DNA of 62,924 nucleotides, counting the filler, from Octopus bimaculoides (Eukaryota): assembly GCF_001194135.2 (NCBI RefSeq). It is 4 parts of 4 records of this genome, joined end to end, with 100 filler letters (N's around TTAATTAATTAA, not from the genome) between each part and the next. Parts side by side here need not be neighbours in the genome. Positions count along the whole stretch, not along the records: positions 49,038 to 62,924 come from NC_069003.1; 3 more parts are not named here. One strand, given 5' to 3'. Shown here piece by piece: positions 52,621 through 62,924 of this stretch. Below the pieces are notes generated by a model, which saw only the letters and a program-made list of their open reading frames with translations, did not search any database and was not told where the DNA came from. Made by a program: the position numbers and the translations under genes. Within the stretch, counting starts at the first letter, position 1. The number at the start of each line of letters is the position of its first letter.

Positions 52621-52799
52621 GAAGAACGAATATACAGTGCGTGTGTTTATTTGGCAAAAATGTAATAAATAAATAAGAATAAAATAAATGAAATAAAAAT
52701 GACCATCCCGAAATATCACAATATTTGTTTCAACACACGATTTCTCATCAGGAATCTTGCAAAGCAAATACATAAATGTATCATTCATCAGTTTATATA

Positions 52800-53311
52800 T
52801 TAGGTTGTCCGGAAAGTTCTGTTTTTTTTTTTTTAATATGCAAAAAGGAATATAGTTCCTGAACCGTACTTTTAGGAACTCCCAACTCCTCTGCAAGCTC
52901 TCTAGTCGTGATATTTGAGCTTTCTTCGATTTTTGCCTTCAAAATATCTTCAATTTGAAAACTAAACTCTCCAGCTTTAAATTTTGCAAGCCACCTTCGG
53001 ATAGTTTATTCACCTACAGCATCATCACTATAAACATCACAAATGTCTTTGCAAGTTTTTGCAGCATTTCCTCCTTTTTTTAGAAAGGAAAAACATTACA
53101 ACGTGAATATAAAATATTCGGTTATCCATTTCAAATGTCAATAAAGGGTAACCGGAATGAAAAATAAATCTATTTTTAGTCTGGAACAAAGAAGAGAGGC
53201 TCTACAACTTCAAGCAGAGCCAAAAGTTTAACTGTGTTACGTTTCAGGTGTGTTCAATGAAGCGTTAAAAGATTTAGCTTAAAAACGCTCAGAACTTTCT
53301 GGACGACTTAA
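52800..53311 (-). mobile_element. Internally deleted mariner (512 bp) with both TIRs and TA TSD
   Basis: TA|TTAGGTTGTCCGGAAAGTTCTG ... CAGAACTTTCTGGACGACTTAA|TA. The internal HTH remnant reads KGGNAAKTCKDICDVYSDDAVGE*TIRRWLAKFKAG...TTRELAEELGVPKSTV. Confidence 0.9.
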
Positions 53312-53387
53312 TATCATATAATCGATAAAGAGAGACTTGGGGATCGAAACAAGGATAAACAACTATAAAAAGGGCAAATAAACTTAC

Positions 53388-53549
53388 GGCCTTTACACGT
53401 TTTTTAATTCTTTTTGCTTCATCGAGACCCAGTTGGTGCACACGGTCCGCAGTGACGTTACTGTCAAGATGCCATCTTAAGTATTGTTGGTACATGTCTT
53501 TATGCCAAGCGTTTATAGAAATGTCCTCCCTTGTCGCCGGCAGGTATTC
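53388..53549 (-). CDS. DUF885-like gene, exon b (EYLPATREDISINAWHKDMYQQYLRWHLDSNVTADRVHQLGLDEAKRIKKRVKA)
   Basis: Acceptor tttcttttcgttatcAG, donor GCC|gtaagt, 162 nt, phase 0-0. It matches the DUF885 EYLP..R...Y...LRxH....T.xEVH.xGL.EV.RI motif. Confidence 0.85.
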
Positions 53550-53693
53550 CTGATAACGAAAAGAAAAACAAACTCTATGGAATATCTGTACATACATACA
53601 TACACACATATATACATTAACACATATGATGATGATGATGATGACGACGACGAGGAAGAAGAAGGAGGGTGAAGAGAACATGACGGTACTCAC

Positions 53694-53775
53694 GGATTTT
53701 ATGAAGTTCAGAAATTCTCCATAAGCGACCATCGCCCTTGAAATGGTCTCATTGCCTTTTGTCTCTAATTTGACT
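53694..53775 (-). CDS. DUF885-like gene, exon a (xVKLETKGNETISRAMVAYGEFLNFIKS)
   Basis: Acceptor ttcaattttgatttgacAG (an alternative AG lies 2 nt downstream), donor TCC|gtgagt. It joins in frame to exon b to give FLNFIKS-EYLP. Confidence 0.8.
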
Positions 53776-53942
53776 CTGTCAAATCAAAATTGAAAGGGAA
53801 TTCATTCTAATTAGCTTTCAGTAAAATATTATCACACACACAGACATACACATATACACAGCCATATATACGCGCACACACGCACACACGCACACACTTA
53901 TACTCACAAAAAGATTGCATATATCTCCAACAACATTCACAC

Positions 53943-53980
<38 letters not shown>

Positions 53981-54089
53981 CAATAATAGGACGAATTCTT
54001 TTACAAGAATTTATCAAGTAGCTAGCGTGAAAAAACCCTCATAAGGGAAAAAATCCATCATTTATTCCCGAAATGCCCTTATATAAATA

Positions 54090-54126
<37 letters not shown>

Positions 54127-54494
54127 GACATTAAAAATAAGAATGGGGAGTTATATATCCTCAAAGCTTGTTTATTGCAGTATTATATACAATATCTTCA
54201 TTTTAAATATATAGAAATAGATTAAATACGCTTGAGTAAGAAAACGAAAGGGAAAATAACAGTTATACATTGAAGTAGAGACGAAGTAAAAGTGAGAAAG
54301 TGGCACAAAAAGGTAAAAGGTTAAAGACAAAAAGTGAGAAAAAGAAAAGGAATAAAGATTTATAACGAAACAAAATAAATGGGAAACAGAATAAAGACAG
54401 GGAAATAGAAAGAGAGGAAAAGAGAATGAAACAGAATAGGAATGAAATGCGAAAAAATCAGGAGGAATAGTAGAACGGTCACGGACATGAACTA

Positions 54495-54850
54495 CAGTCA
54501 TCATTCGCCATATCGCGGTTCATCTATCACGCCCTCAGTACATCGCGGATTTTTCTGGCTAATATATGTAAATTTATATCGCGGTCTCCTCGGTATATTG
54601 CGGGTTTCTGCGGTTGATAGGGATTTATATTTATTTTAGATTTTAATCATTTCTGTGGTAAAATAAGCATTTTCACGCTTAAGAGTTAATAAATTAATGA
54701 ATAAAAATACAGTACAGTACTGCACTGTATAACACATTAATTAGAATATCTTAAAAGAAAATACGTAGTGTTCCGTAGATGAGTAAACAAAGAATCGCAT
54801 ATACTGTATGGAAAACGAAACTCGGGAGGCGAGTGTGTGGTGTTTTACAT
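54495..54850. mobile_element. pogo/Tigger-like MITE, left end only
   Basis: TA|CAGTCATCATTCGCCATATCGCGGTTC... with repeated ATCGCGG motifs. The right TIR is not clearly found. Confidence 0.35.
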
Positions 54851-54861
54851 TTATAATCCTT

Positions 54862-55030
54862 TCTACTATAGTCACAAGGCCTGAAATTTTGGGGGAAGGG
54901 GCAACTGGTACTTAATTTATCAACCTCGAAAGGATAAAAGGCAAAGTCGACCCCAGCGGAATTTGAACGCAGAACGTAAAGACGGAGAAAATGTCGCTAA
55001 GCATTTTGCCCGAGGTGCTAACGATTCTGT
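54862..55030 (-). mobile_element. SINE family B
   Basis: cacaaggcctgaaattttggggg...aaaggcaaagtcgaccccagcggaatttgaacgcagaacgtaaagac...gctaagcatttt. Confidence 0.75.
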
Positions 55031-55608
55031 TTTGCATTTATAATAAAATAAATATATCCAAATTATAAAAATAGTAAAAAAAAATGGAGTACAGTACTGT
55101 TTGTACTTCGTGGNNNNNNNNNNNNNNNNNNNNNNNNNNNNNNNNNNNNNNNNNNNNNNNNNNNNNNNNNNNNNNNNNNNNNNNNNNNNNNNNNNNNNNN
55201 NNNNNNNNNNNNNNNNNNNNNNNNNNNNNNNNNNNNNNNNNNNNNNNNNNNNNNNNNNNNNNNNNNNNNNNNNNNNNNNNNNNNNNNNNNNNNNNNNNNN
55301 NNNNNNNNNNNNNNNNNNNNNNNNNNNNNNNNNNNNNNNNNNNNNNNNNNNNNNNNNNNNNNNNNNNNNNNNNNNNNNNNNNNNNNNNNNNNNNNNNNNN
55401 NNNNNNNNNNNNNNNNNNNNNNNNNNNNNNNNNNNNNNNNNNNNNNNNNNNNNNNNNNNNNNNAGACAGACAGACAGAGATTACCATATCTATTAATTGA
55501 CCATAACTGACAAACATTTCCCTTCTCTTCATACACAAAGAGAGAGAGAGAAAGAGAGACGGAAAGAGAAAGAGAGAGAGGGAAAGAGAAAGAGAGAGAG
55601 AGGGAAAC

Positions 55609-55647
<39 letters not shown>

Positions 55648-56637
55648 AAGAGAGACAGATAGACAGACAGATGGAGAGAGAAACAGAGGAAGAGTCATTG
55701 CTATTTATTAATTGAACATGATGAATAATAAACGCTTTTTCTCTCCTCATACACATAAAAGGGGATGCGTTCACACATCATAAACAAAGAAAGAAAAAAA
55801 GAAATAAAGGGACACAGAGACTGAATGAAAGAGAGAGAGGGAGAGAAAGAGAGAGACAAACAGAGGGAGACGGAGAGAACAGGAAAAAGATTAGAACATC
55901 TGATGTCAAATATGTCAAAGTCGAATTGGTGACGTCAAATAGCCGGCGCCAAAACTGCTGTGCCAAAACATCTCATACCTATAAATATATTGGTAGAGGA
56001 CCGAATAGGAAGAAAGAAAGAAAGAAAATGTAGGATGGTGAAGGCGAGAGGGAGGAAATGTATTATAGTTTGTAAAATAGAGTTGAAAGAAACTCATACA
56101 TTTTTACACAATGTGTTAAAAGACAATAGAAACGATCAGTAAGAGTCGCCATAAGATTAATACCGAAATGAAGAAAACGATTGGCAGAGAGGGAAGAGAG
56201 GACGAGAGGGAAGAGAGGACGAGAGGGAAACAGAAGATGAAAGAGAGTGAGAACGAGATAATTATTGATAGAAATAAATGCTGATCGATATTTAACTAAA
56301 ATAAATTGAAACGGTGTATAAAAATCAATACACAAAAACAGATTCGAGGTAGTTTTCCGATAATGAGAAAAACAGAAGTCAATTATCCAATAGGTTTCAT
56401 ACGAAATGCCTTTCATCATCACATAGCTAATATATAAAGCCTTTGGCACAAACATACGGGTTAAGAAGCAAAACTCAATAACTATGTATGCGCTCTCTAT
56501 AGTACTTCAAGGGTTTTCCAGTAACGATCAAAGAATTTCTAAGTAATTCTATTTGTTGTCGTACAATAAAATAAGACTGTTGTTAGAATAATTTTGAAAT
56601 AGACTTGGTTTTGGTGACGACATATGGAAATGAACTC

Positions 56638-56738
56638 ACGCCTAAAATGTGGCAAGTTAGACAGAAAAGTTAACACGGACAGTTTCTTTTCATTTAGACA
56701 AACAGCAGTATCCAGATTGTCTAGAATATCGTTTGAGA
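56638..56738 (-). CDS. Candidate upstream DUF885-like exon (partial, 5' part in gap): SNDILDNLDTAVCLNEKK...
   Basis: It is the only open frame emerging from the gap, it resembles the PFxDxLDN segment preceding exon a, and a gtgagt donor follows 56638. The exact donor is uncertain. Confidence 0.3.
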
Positions 56739-57087
56739 NNNNNNNNNNNNNNNNNNNNNNNNNNNNNNNNNNNNNNNNNNNNNNNNNNNNNNNNNNNNNN
56801 NNNNNNNNNNNNNNNNNNNNNNNNNNNNNNNNNNNNNNNNNNNNNNNNNNNNNNNNNNNNNNNNNNNNNNNNNNNNNNNNNNNNNNNNNNNNNNNNNNNN
56901 NNNNNNNNNNNNNNNNNNNNNNNNNNNNNNNNNNNNNNNNNNNNNNNNNNNNNNNNNNNNNNNNNNNNNNNNNNNNNNNNNNNNNNNNNNNNNNNNNNNN
57001 NNNNNNNNNNNNNNNNNNNNNNNNNNNNNNNNNNNNNNNNNNNNNNNNNNNNNNNNNNNNNNNNNNNATATATATATATATACACAC

Positions 57088-57480
57088 ACATGTGGTAAGA
57101 AGTTTGCTTCCCAACCATATGGATTTGGGTTCAGTCTCGCTGCGTGACATCTTGGGCAAGAGTCTTTTATTATAGCTTCAAGACAAACAATGCCTTGTGC
57201 GTCGATTTAGTTGACAAAAACTGAAAGATGCACGTTGTGTGTGTGTGTTTGTGTCTTTTTGTGTTTTTGTGTATGCGTGTGATATGTTTGTGCCTGTCCT
57301 CTACCGCTTCACGACCGCTGTTGGTTTACTTACATCTCCGTAACATAGAGGTTCGCAATAGAAACCGATAGAATTAGCTCCAGACTTAAAATATAAAAAC
57401 TGGCGTCGATTTGTTTGACTTAAATCCTTGAAGGCGGTGCCCCAGCATGGTCGCAGTCTAATGACTGAAACAAGTACAAA
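57088..57480 (+). mobile_element. SINE family A
   Basis: tgtggtaagaagtttgcttcccaaccatatgg...gggttcagtc... to ccagcatggtcgcagtctaatgactgaaacaagt. Confidence 0.8.
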
Positions 57481-57709
57481 ATAAGAGGCAAAAAAACATT
57501 ATTATCATCATTATTACTGTTGCTGTGGTTATTCTCAGTGGCGGATTAGGTATGCTGTGGCTTCTAATGCGCCGACACGCCCTTACGTTACGTCATCTGC
57601 AACGATTTCTGGACGGTGAGCGTGTGTGGCCTCCATTTGTGGGGCTCGTCTTTCCGCAGCTCATCTCCTTGATTGAGTTGCAGTCATGGGTGAAGAAAAG
57701 ACCGGGAAT

Positions 57710-58136
57710 ACATCAACTATTAAAGGAACTGTTTCTGTTTTTAGGTTCCACATTCGAGTTACCTCTACTTTCAGGTTTTTGTATTTTGAAAGTATCTCCG
57801 TTTCTTTTAGGGGTACATTGTCATCTGTTGGTATTGATACATCGATTAGAAAGCAGATTTTGCTTGATGATCTTTGACAACTATATCGGGTATATTAGCC
57901 TTGATTTCTCTATCCGCATGTATTGGCTTATCCCATATTATGGTTGCTTTTTCATTTTCCGTAACCTTTTTTGGGGTGTGCCCAGACCAACTTTTTTCCG
58001 ATGTCATTCCATAGTGTTGGCATAGCTTCAGGTGTATATAGGCCCCAACTCTGTCGTATCTGTGGATATATTCTTTCTTAGCCAGGACTGGGCAACCAGA
58101 GACAATATGATTTATTGTTTCTTCCCCATCACCATA
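57710..58136 (-). mobile_element. R4/Dong-like LINE CCHC and RLE endonuclease fragment
   Basis: EETINHIVSGCPVLAKKEYIHRYDRVGAYIH...ENEKATIIWDKPIHADREIKANIPDIVVKD...IDVSIPTDDN. Confidence 0.85.
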
Positions 58137-58808
58137 CACACACACACACACACACATATATGTTTCCATGTATGAGATTCTACGTGCGTATGTATGTGTG
58201 GTGTGCATACGTAAGTGAAGAGAATTATGTACATGTCTGTATGTTTTCCTTTTTTTTTTTTTACTTTTGAATATTTAAATCCTTCCAAGAAGAAAAGAGA
58301 TGGTTTGTAACCAGGAAATGAAGTTCCAGCACAAGAATTTGGATACGTATGTTTACATGTACACACATACGTACATACATACAAACAAACACTCACATAC
58401 AGCATGATAATGTATGTACGTATATAGCATGTATATATATGTATGTGTGAATATGTGTATGCTTTTGAGCATGTATCTATGTTTGTGTGCATCTTCGTGT
58501 GAACATAAGAAGGTATATATTTGTGTATAGGTCATTATGCATATGCGTATGTGTGCGTATGCATATGTGTGTGTGTGTGTGTGTGTGCATGGATGTGTAT
58601 ACAATATGTACGTACGTATGTATATGCATATATTTGCATATATGTCTAGATGTGTGCGTCTGTCTCAGCTAAGATAACTACATGTCGAAAAATATGTGCA
58701 ATGTGTGTGTACATGTATGTGTGTGTATATGATGGTCTGTGTGTGCGTGCGTGCGCATAAATGGTCGTATGTATATATCTGCTAGAGTGTACATAATGTA
58801 AAAAGCAG

Positions 58809-58852
<44 letters not shown>

Positions 58853-58864
58853 NNNNNNNNNNTA

Positions 58865-58897
<33 letters not shown>

Positions 58898-59280
58898 ATA
58901 TGTATATATATACATATATACAGAAATAGAAAGTAAATTAAAGGAACAAAGAAATCTATATATACGCATGTATGAGGGAGTGGTGTAGTTTATGTATATT
59001 TTTGTCTCTTATCTACTTCATTAAATCTGATGACGTCATTGTGTTATTAAGTACACTTTGTCTCTTTATATATATATACACACGCGCGTGTTCCCACCTA
59101 TACATGCATCCCCACACATTTATAGACGCGTAAACATACACACAGACGCATAAGTGTAACTACCTACATACATTTACTTATGTATACATATACTTACTTA
59201 CCTACCTACCTACCAACCTACCTACCTACCAACTTACCTACCTACCTACCTACCTACCCATGTATCTATCTATCTATCTA

Positions 59281-59315
<35 letters not shown>

Positions 59316-60089
59316 NNNNNNNNNNNNNNNNNNNNNNNNNNNNNNNNNNNNNNNNNNNNNNNNNNNNNNNNNNNNNNNNNNNNNNNNNNNNNNNNNNNNN
59401 NNNNNNNNNNNNNNNNNNNNNNNNNNNNNNNNNNNNNNNNNNNNNNNNNNNNNNNNNNNNNNNNNNNNNNNNNNNNNNNNNNNNNNNNNNNNNNNNNNNN
59501 NNNNNNNNNNNNNNNNNNNNNNNNNNNNNNNCTGAGTTTATACGTATGGATGTAGTTGTGTATATATCTATGTATATACATAATATTTATATGTATGTAT
59601 ATATAGATGTGTATATATTTATACATTTATATAAATTTATATAAATTTACACACATATATATATATAGACAGAGAGAGAGAGGGGAGAAAGAGGGAGAGA
59701 GAGAAGAGAGAGAATGAGAGAGGCGAGAGGGGGAGAGAGAGGGAGAGAGAGAGAGGGAGAGAGAGAGAGGGAGAGAGAGAGAGAAATGAGCAGCATGTGA
59801 ATATGTCTGTATATATGCAAAGAACATACCAGTATAAATGGACATAAACGCATCGTACACACATGCATATATACACTCGTATAGACAAATGTTTTGTATA
59901 CAAGTGTAATGACATGTACAAAAACATAAATATATATAGGCACAACATATACACACATGTGTGTGTGTGTATGCATAAACAAAATATATAGTTATGTACC
60001 TGTATGTGTGTTTATATATATATACACAAGCACATTCAAACACATACACACAACACACACGCTCACACACACACACGCTCACACACACA

Positions 60090-60141
<52 letters not shown>

Positions 60142-60289
60142 CTCACACATGCACATACACGCATACGTACGCATATACATACATACATCCATACAGATAT
60201 TCATACACACTTGCATGTATACACATAAACACGCGTTGATCAGGATACATTTTAAATGTCAAAGAAGCAATTTTTGTCTAGTAAACGGC

Positions 60290-60390
60290 ATCATCTTCAT
60301 CATCATCATCATCTCCATCGTCATCATCATCACCATCACCATCATCATCACCATCACCATCATCATCATCATCATCACCATCATCATGCT
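60290..60390. repeat. (CAT/CAC)n microsatellite
   Basis: Directly visible. Confidence 0.95.
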
Positions 60391-60574
60391 TGCGTCGTTG
60401 TTTTTGTTGTGATTGCTGCTATTATGTTTTAAACGAGTTGTTTCGAGTTTCGCTCAGAGACCACAGGAAACGTTCTACCCCGACGGTTATGATATTTTTT
60501 TCAGGAAAAGGGGACCAAATACTGGGAATTAAGATTCCTTTGAAAGTTTATTCGAATATTTGCGAATTTGCGGG

Positions 60575-60646
60575 CGGCGAGTTGGCAGAGTCGTTTGCGA
60601 GCAGGATAAAATACTTAGCAGTATTTCGTCCGAACTTACGTTCTGA
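60575..60646 (+). mobile_element. SINE family B head, truncated at the B-box
   Basis: ggcggcgagttggcagagtcgtt...cttagcagtatttcgtcc...ttacgttctga. Confidence 0.65.
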
Positions 60647-60885
60647 TTCGTTTAAGGACGTCTTCGTTTAAGAATGACTTCGTTTAAGGACTTTTTCGTT
60701 TAACGACGTCTTCGTTTAAGAATGACTTTGTTTAAGGGCGCTTCGTTTAAGGACGTCCTCGTTTAAGTACCTCTTCGTTTAAGGACATCTTCGTTTAAGA
60801 ATGACTTTGCTTAAGGGCGTCTTCGTTTAAGGACCTCCTCGTTTAAGTAAGTCTTCGTTTAAGGACTCCTTCGTTTAAGGTCGCC
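60647..60885. repeat. Minisatellite, 15 x 16 bp (TTCGTTTAAG plus a variable 6-mer)
   Basis: Counted directly: 14 units of 16 bp and 1 unit of 15 bp. Confidence 0.95.
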
Positions 60886-61429
60886 TTCTTGTATCTGCTA
60901 ATGCACAGACTTGTATTAAATTTATCACTCTATGAAGAGCATCGAAAAAAAATGGGTAATGATGTTGTGTGAAGCTTAATATCTGATGACAAAGATGAAC
61001 TGCATTTCGCAAAACAGGAAAGACATAATCCAGACAATGGCATTATCCACAGAAAAAATTTATTACATAAAGTATTTGGCAGTGTGTAAGATGCACTTTC
61101 GCATATGACAAGCCCTTAAAGTTTCGTGGAACTATATTTTAAGGAAAAAAACCCTAAGAAATTTTGTATTTCATCTTGCACTCTATAACTTTTGCATCCT
61201 ATTCGAAAACGGTCGCATTTAGCAATAGAAAAAAAAATGGCGCGTTTTTTTACATCGGAATATTCGCTAGATAGTCTTGTAGATAAATATATCGATGTTT
61301 GGTTTATAGTCTAATACGATATTGAGAAGAGCATGTCAGTGCAGGAAGGTGGAGCGTTAAAGAAAAAGGAAACATTTTGGGAAATAGGTCTGGATTTTTA
61401 GGGTCACCCAACTGGAATAATAAAACCAA

Positions 61430-61815
61430 CAACGACAGCTACAATAATATCAGCACCTCCACCACCACCACTACCACCCACGTCGTCGTCATCATCATCA
61501 TCATCATCATCAACAACAACAACAGCTTCTAGCTGTCATACATTCTGCTTTTTCAATGCGTCTTTTCCACGACGACGACGACTACCACCACCACTGCGAT
61601 CACAACCAAAAGAACTACTACTACTACTACTACTACTATCATCACCACCAAATGCGTTACTATTTCTGGCACAACTACCACAATAGCGACCATTACAATT
61701 ATCCCTGTAATTACTCTTACCACAACACATACTACAACCACTACCAAAACCAGCACGACCAATATTACCACCACCACCATCACCACCACCACAAGACCCA
61801 CCACAAGACCCACCA
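61430..61815. repeat. Degenerate ACN/CAT trinucleotide low-complexity tract
   Basis: Directly visible. Confidence 0.85.
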
Positions 61816-61964
61816 ACATGACTATGTCTACACGTGTTACTATGTCTGCAGAAACCGGGCAATTGCGTACACCCCGCCTTCGTATATTTCGTTGAAGTCA
61901 TACGGTGGCGAAACATTTGGAAACAGAAGCTAATTGTGCATTAATTATTACAGACAGTGTAGAC

Positions 61965-61999
<35 letters not shown>

Positions 62000-62086
62000 G
62001 AGAGAGATACATACATACATATATATATACATTCATACACACATACGTACGTACATACCTACATGCACACGCACATACATATTTGA

Positions 62087-62142
<56 letters not shown>

Positions 62143-62295
62143 ATATATATATTACATATATATATACATATATATATATTCATGCATATACATATATATA
62201 ATATATATAATATATACATATAATATATACACATATATATAAGATATATATATATGTTGAATATATAAATATTTATATATACCATACATACATAT

Positions 62296-62368
<73 letters not shown>

Positions 62369-62886
62369 TATATGTGTGTGTGAGTGTGATCTAATCTGCT
62401 TAATAAGTGTATATGACATAAACAGTCACACTGCCGCCGCCATGAACGAGACGATTATCTTCGCATCACTGAGAATAATAATGATGATGATTAATTATTA
62501 GAATCATTTATACACACACACACACACTCACACACACAAAGCGGTGCCTTTATAGCATGTATTTGTGGTTATTAGTTAGTTATAAGGGAAACCTAATGCG
62601 TGATTTGTAGAGTTTATTACAGTATAAATTAACACAATCAACAAGGCAGACGACGATTCATCGTGAGATTACGTCATAATCTCGCAAATCAATCATCTGA
62701 CACACAACTTTCCGTTTGTTGTGAATATGGCCGTAGGGATGTGTTTTTGTTTTTTCTTTTCATATTCCCGATGAGTGAATTACGCAAGGATTTTTAGCGA
62801 CCCGAAGGAAAGTTTCGCGGCTTTCCCTGTCTATCGTGATTTGCATGTGTATATGTGTGTGTGTGTGTATGTGTGTGTGTGTGTGC

Positions 62887-62924
<38 letters not shown>

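Noticed and set aside
60647-60885. CRISPR interpretation of the 16-bp array
   Set aside because: The repeat is 10 nt and the spacer 6 nt, the spacers recur, the context is eukaryotic, and there are no cas genes.
61533-61898. Thr-rich open frame (mucin-like) on the + strand, and Val-, His- or Tyr-rich ORFs in other frames
   Set aside because: Explained by a degenerate ACN microsatellite, which is common throughout this window. There is no early ATG and no convincing splice pair.
62400-62850. CpG-richer patch with GCCGCCGCCATG, TTACGTCA and AATATGGCCG (promoter-like motifs)
   Set aside because: The ATG opens only a ~19-codon ORF, and such short motifs are expected by chance. There is no transcript evidence.

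Overview
This is an AT-rich, microsatellite-dense eukaryotic window with many N gaps. It is most consistent with an Octopus (coleoid cephalopod) draft genome, an inference from the SINE/MITE families and the CDICGK-type C2H2 array. Host genes: one intact 11-finger C2H2 zinc-finger CDS (32220-33218, +) and three spliced exons of a DUF885-like gene (52240-53775, -). Most of the rest is decayed transposons (R4/Dong-, CR1- and RTE-like LINEs; hAT, mariner, Chapaev-like and Helitron elements; MITEs; three SINE families). Two observations stand out. (1) An intronless 481-codon beta-propeller-like frame (26984-28426, -) has no frameshifts and is broken only by two in-frame TAG codons; it is either a pseudogene or a candidate for amber-to-Trp A-to-I repair. 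(2) A complete, TSD-flanked 1.7 kb retroelement carries only a gag/ORF1-like gene (HAL1-like) and shares its 3' tail with a SINE in the same window. Also notable are an orphan duplicate of the ZNF 3' region, an apparent CpG-decay boundary near 35-38 kb, and a 16-bp higher-order minisatellite sitting at a SINE B-box. Family names are assigned from recalled motifs, not from database searches.
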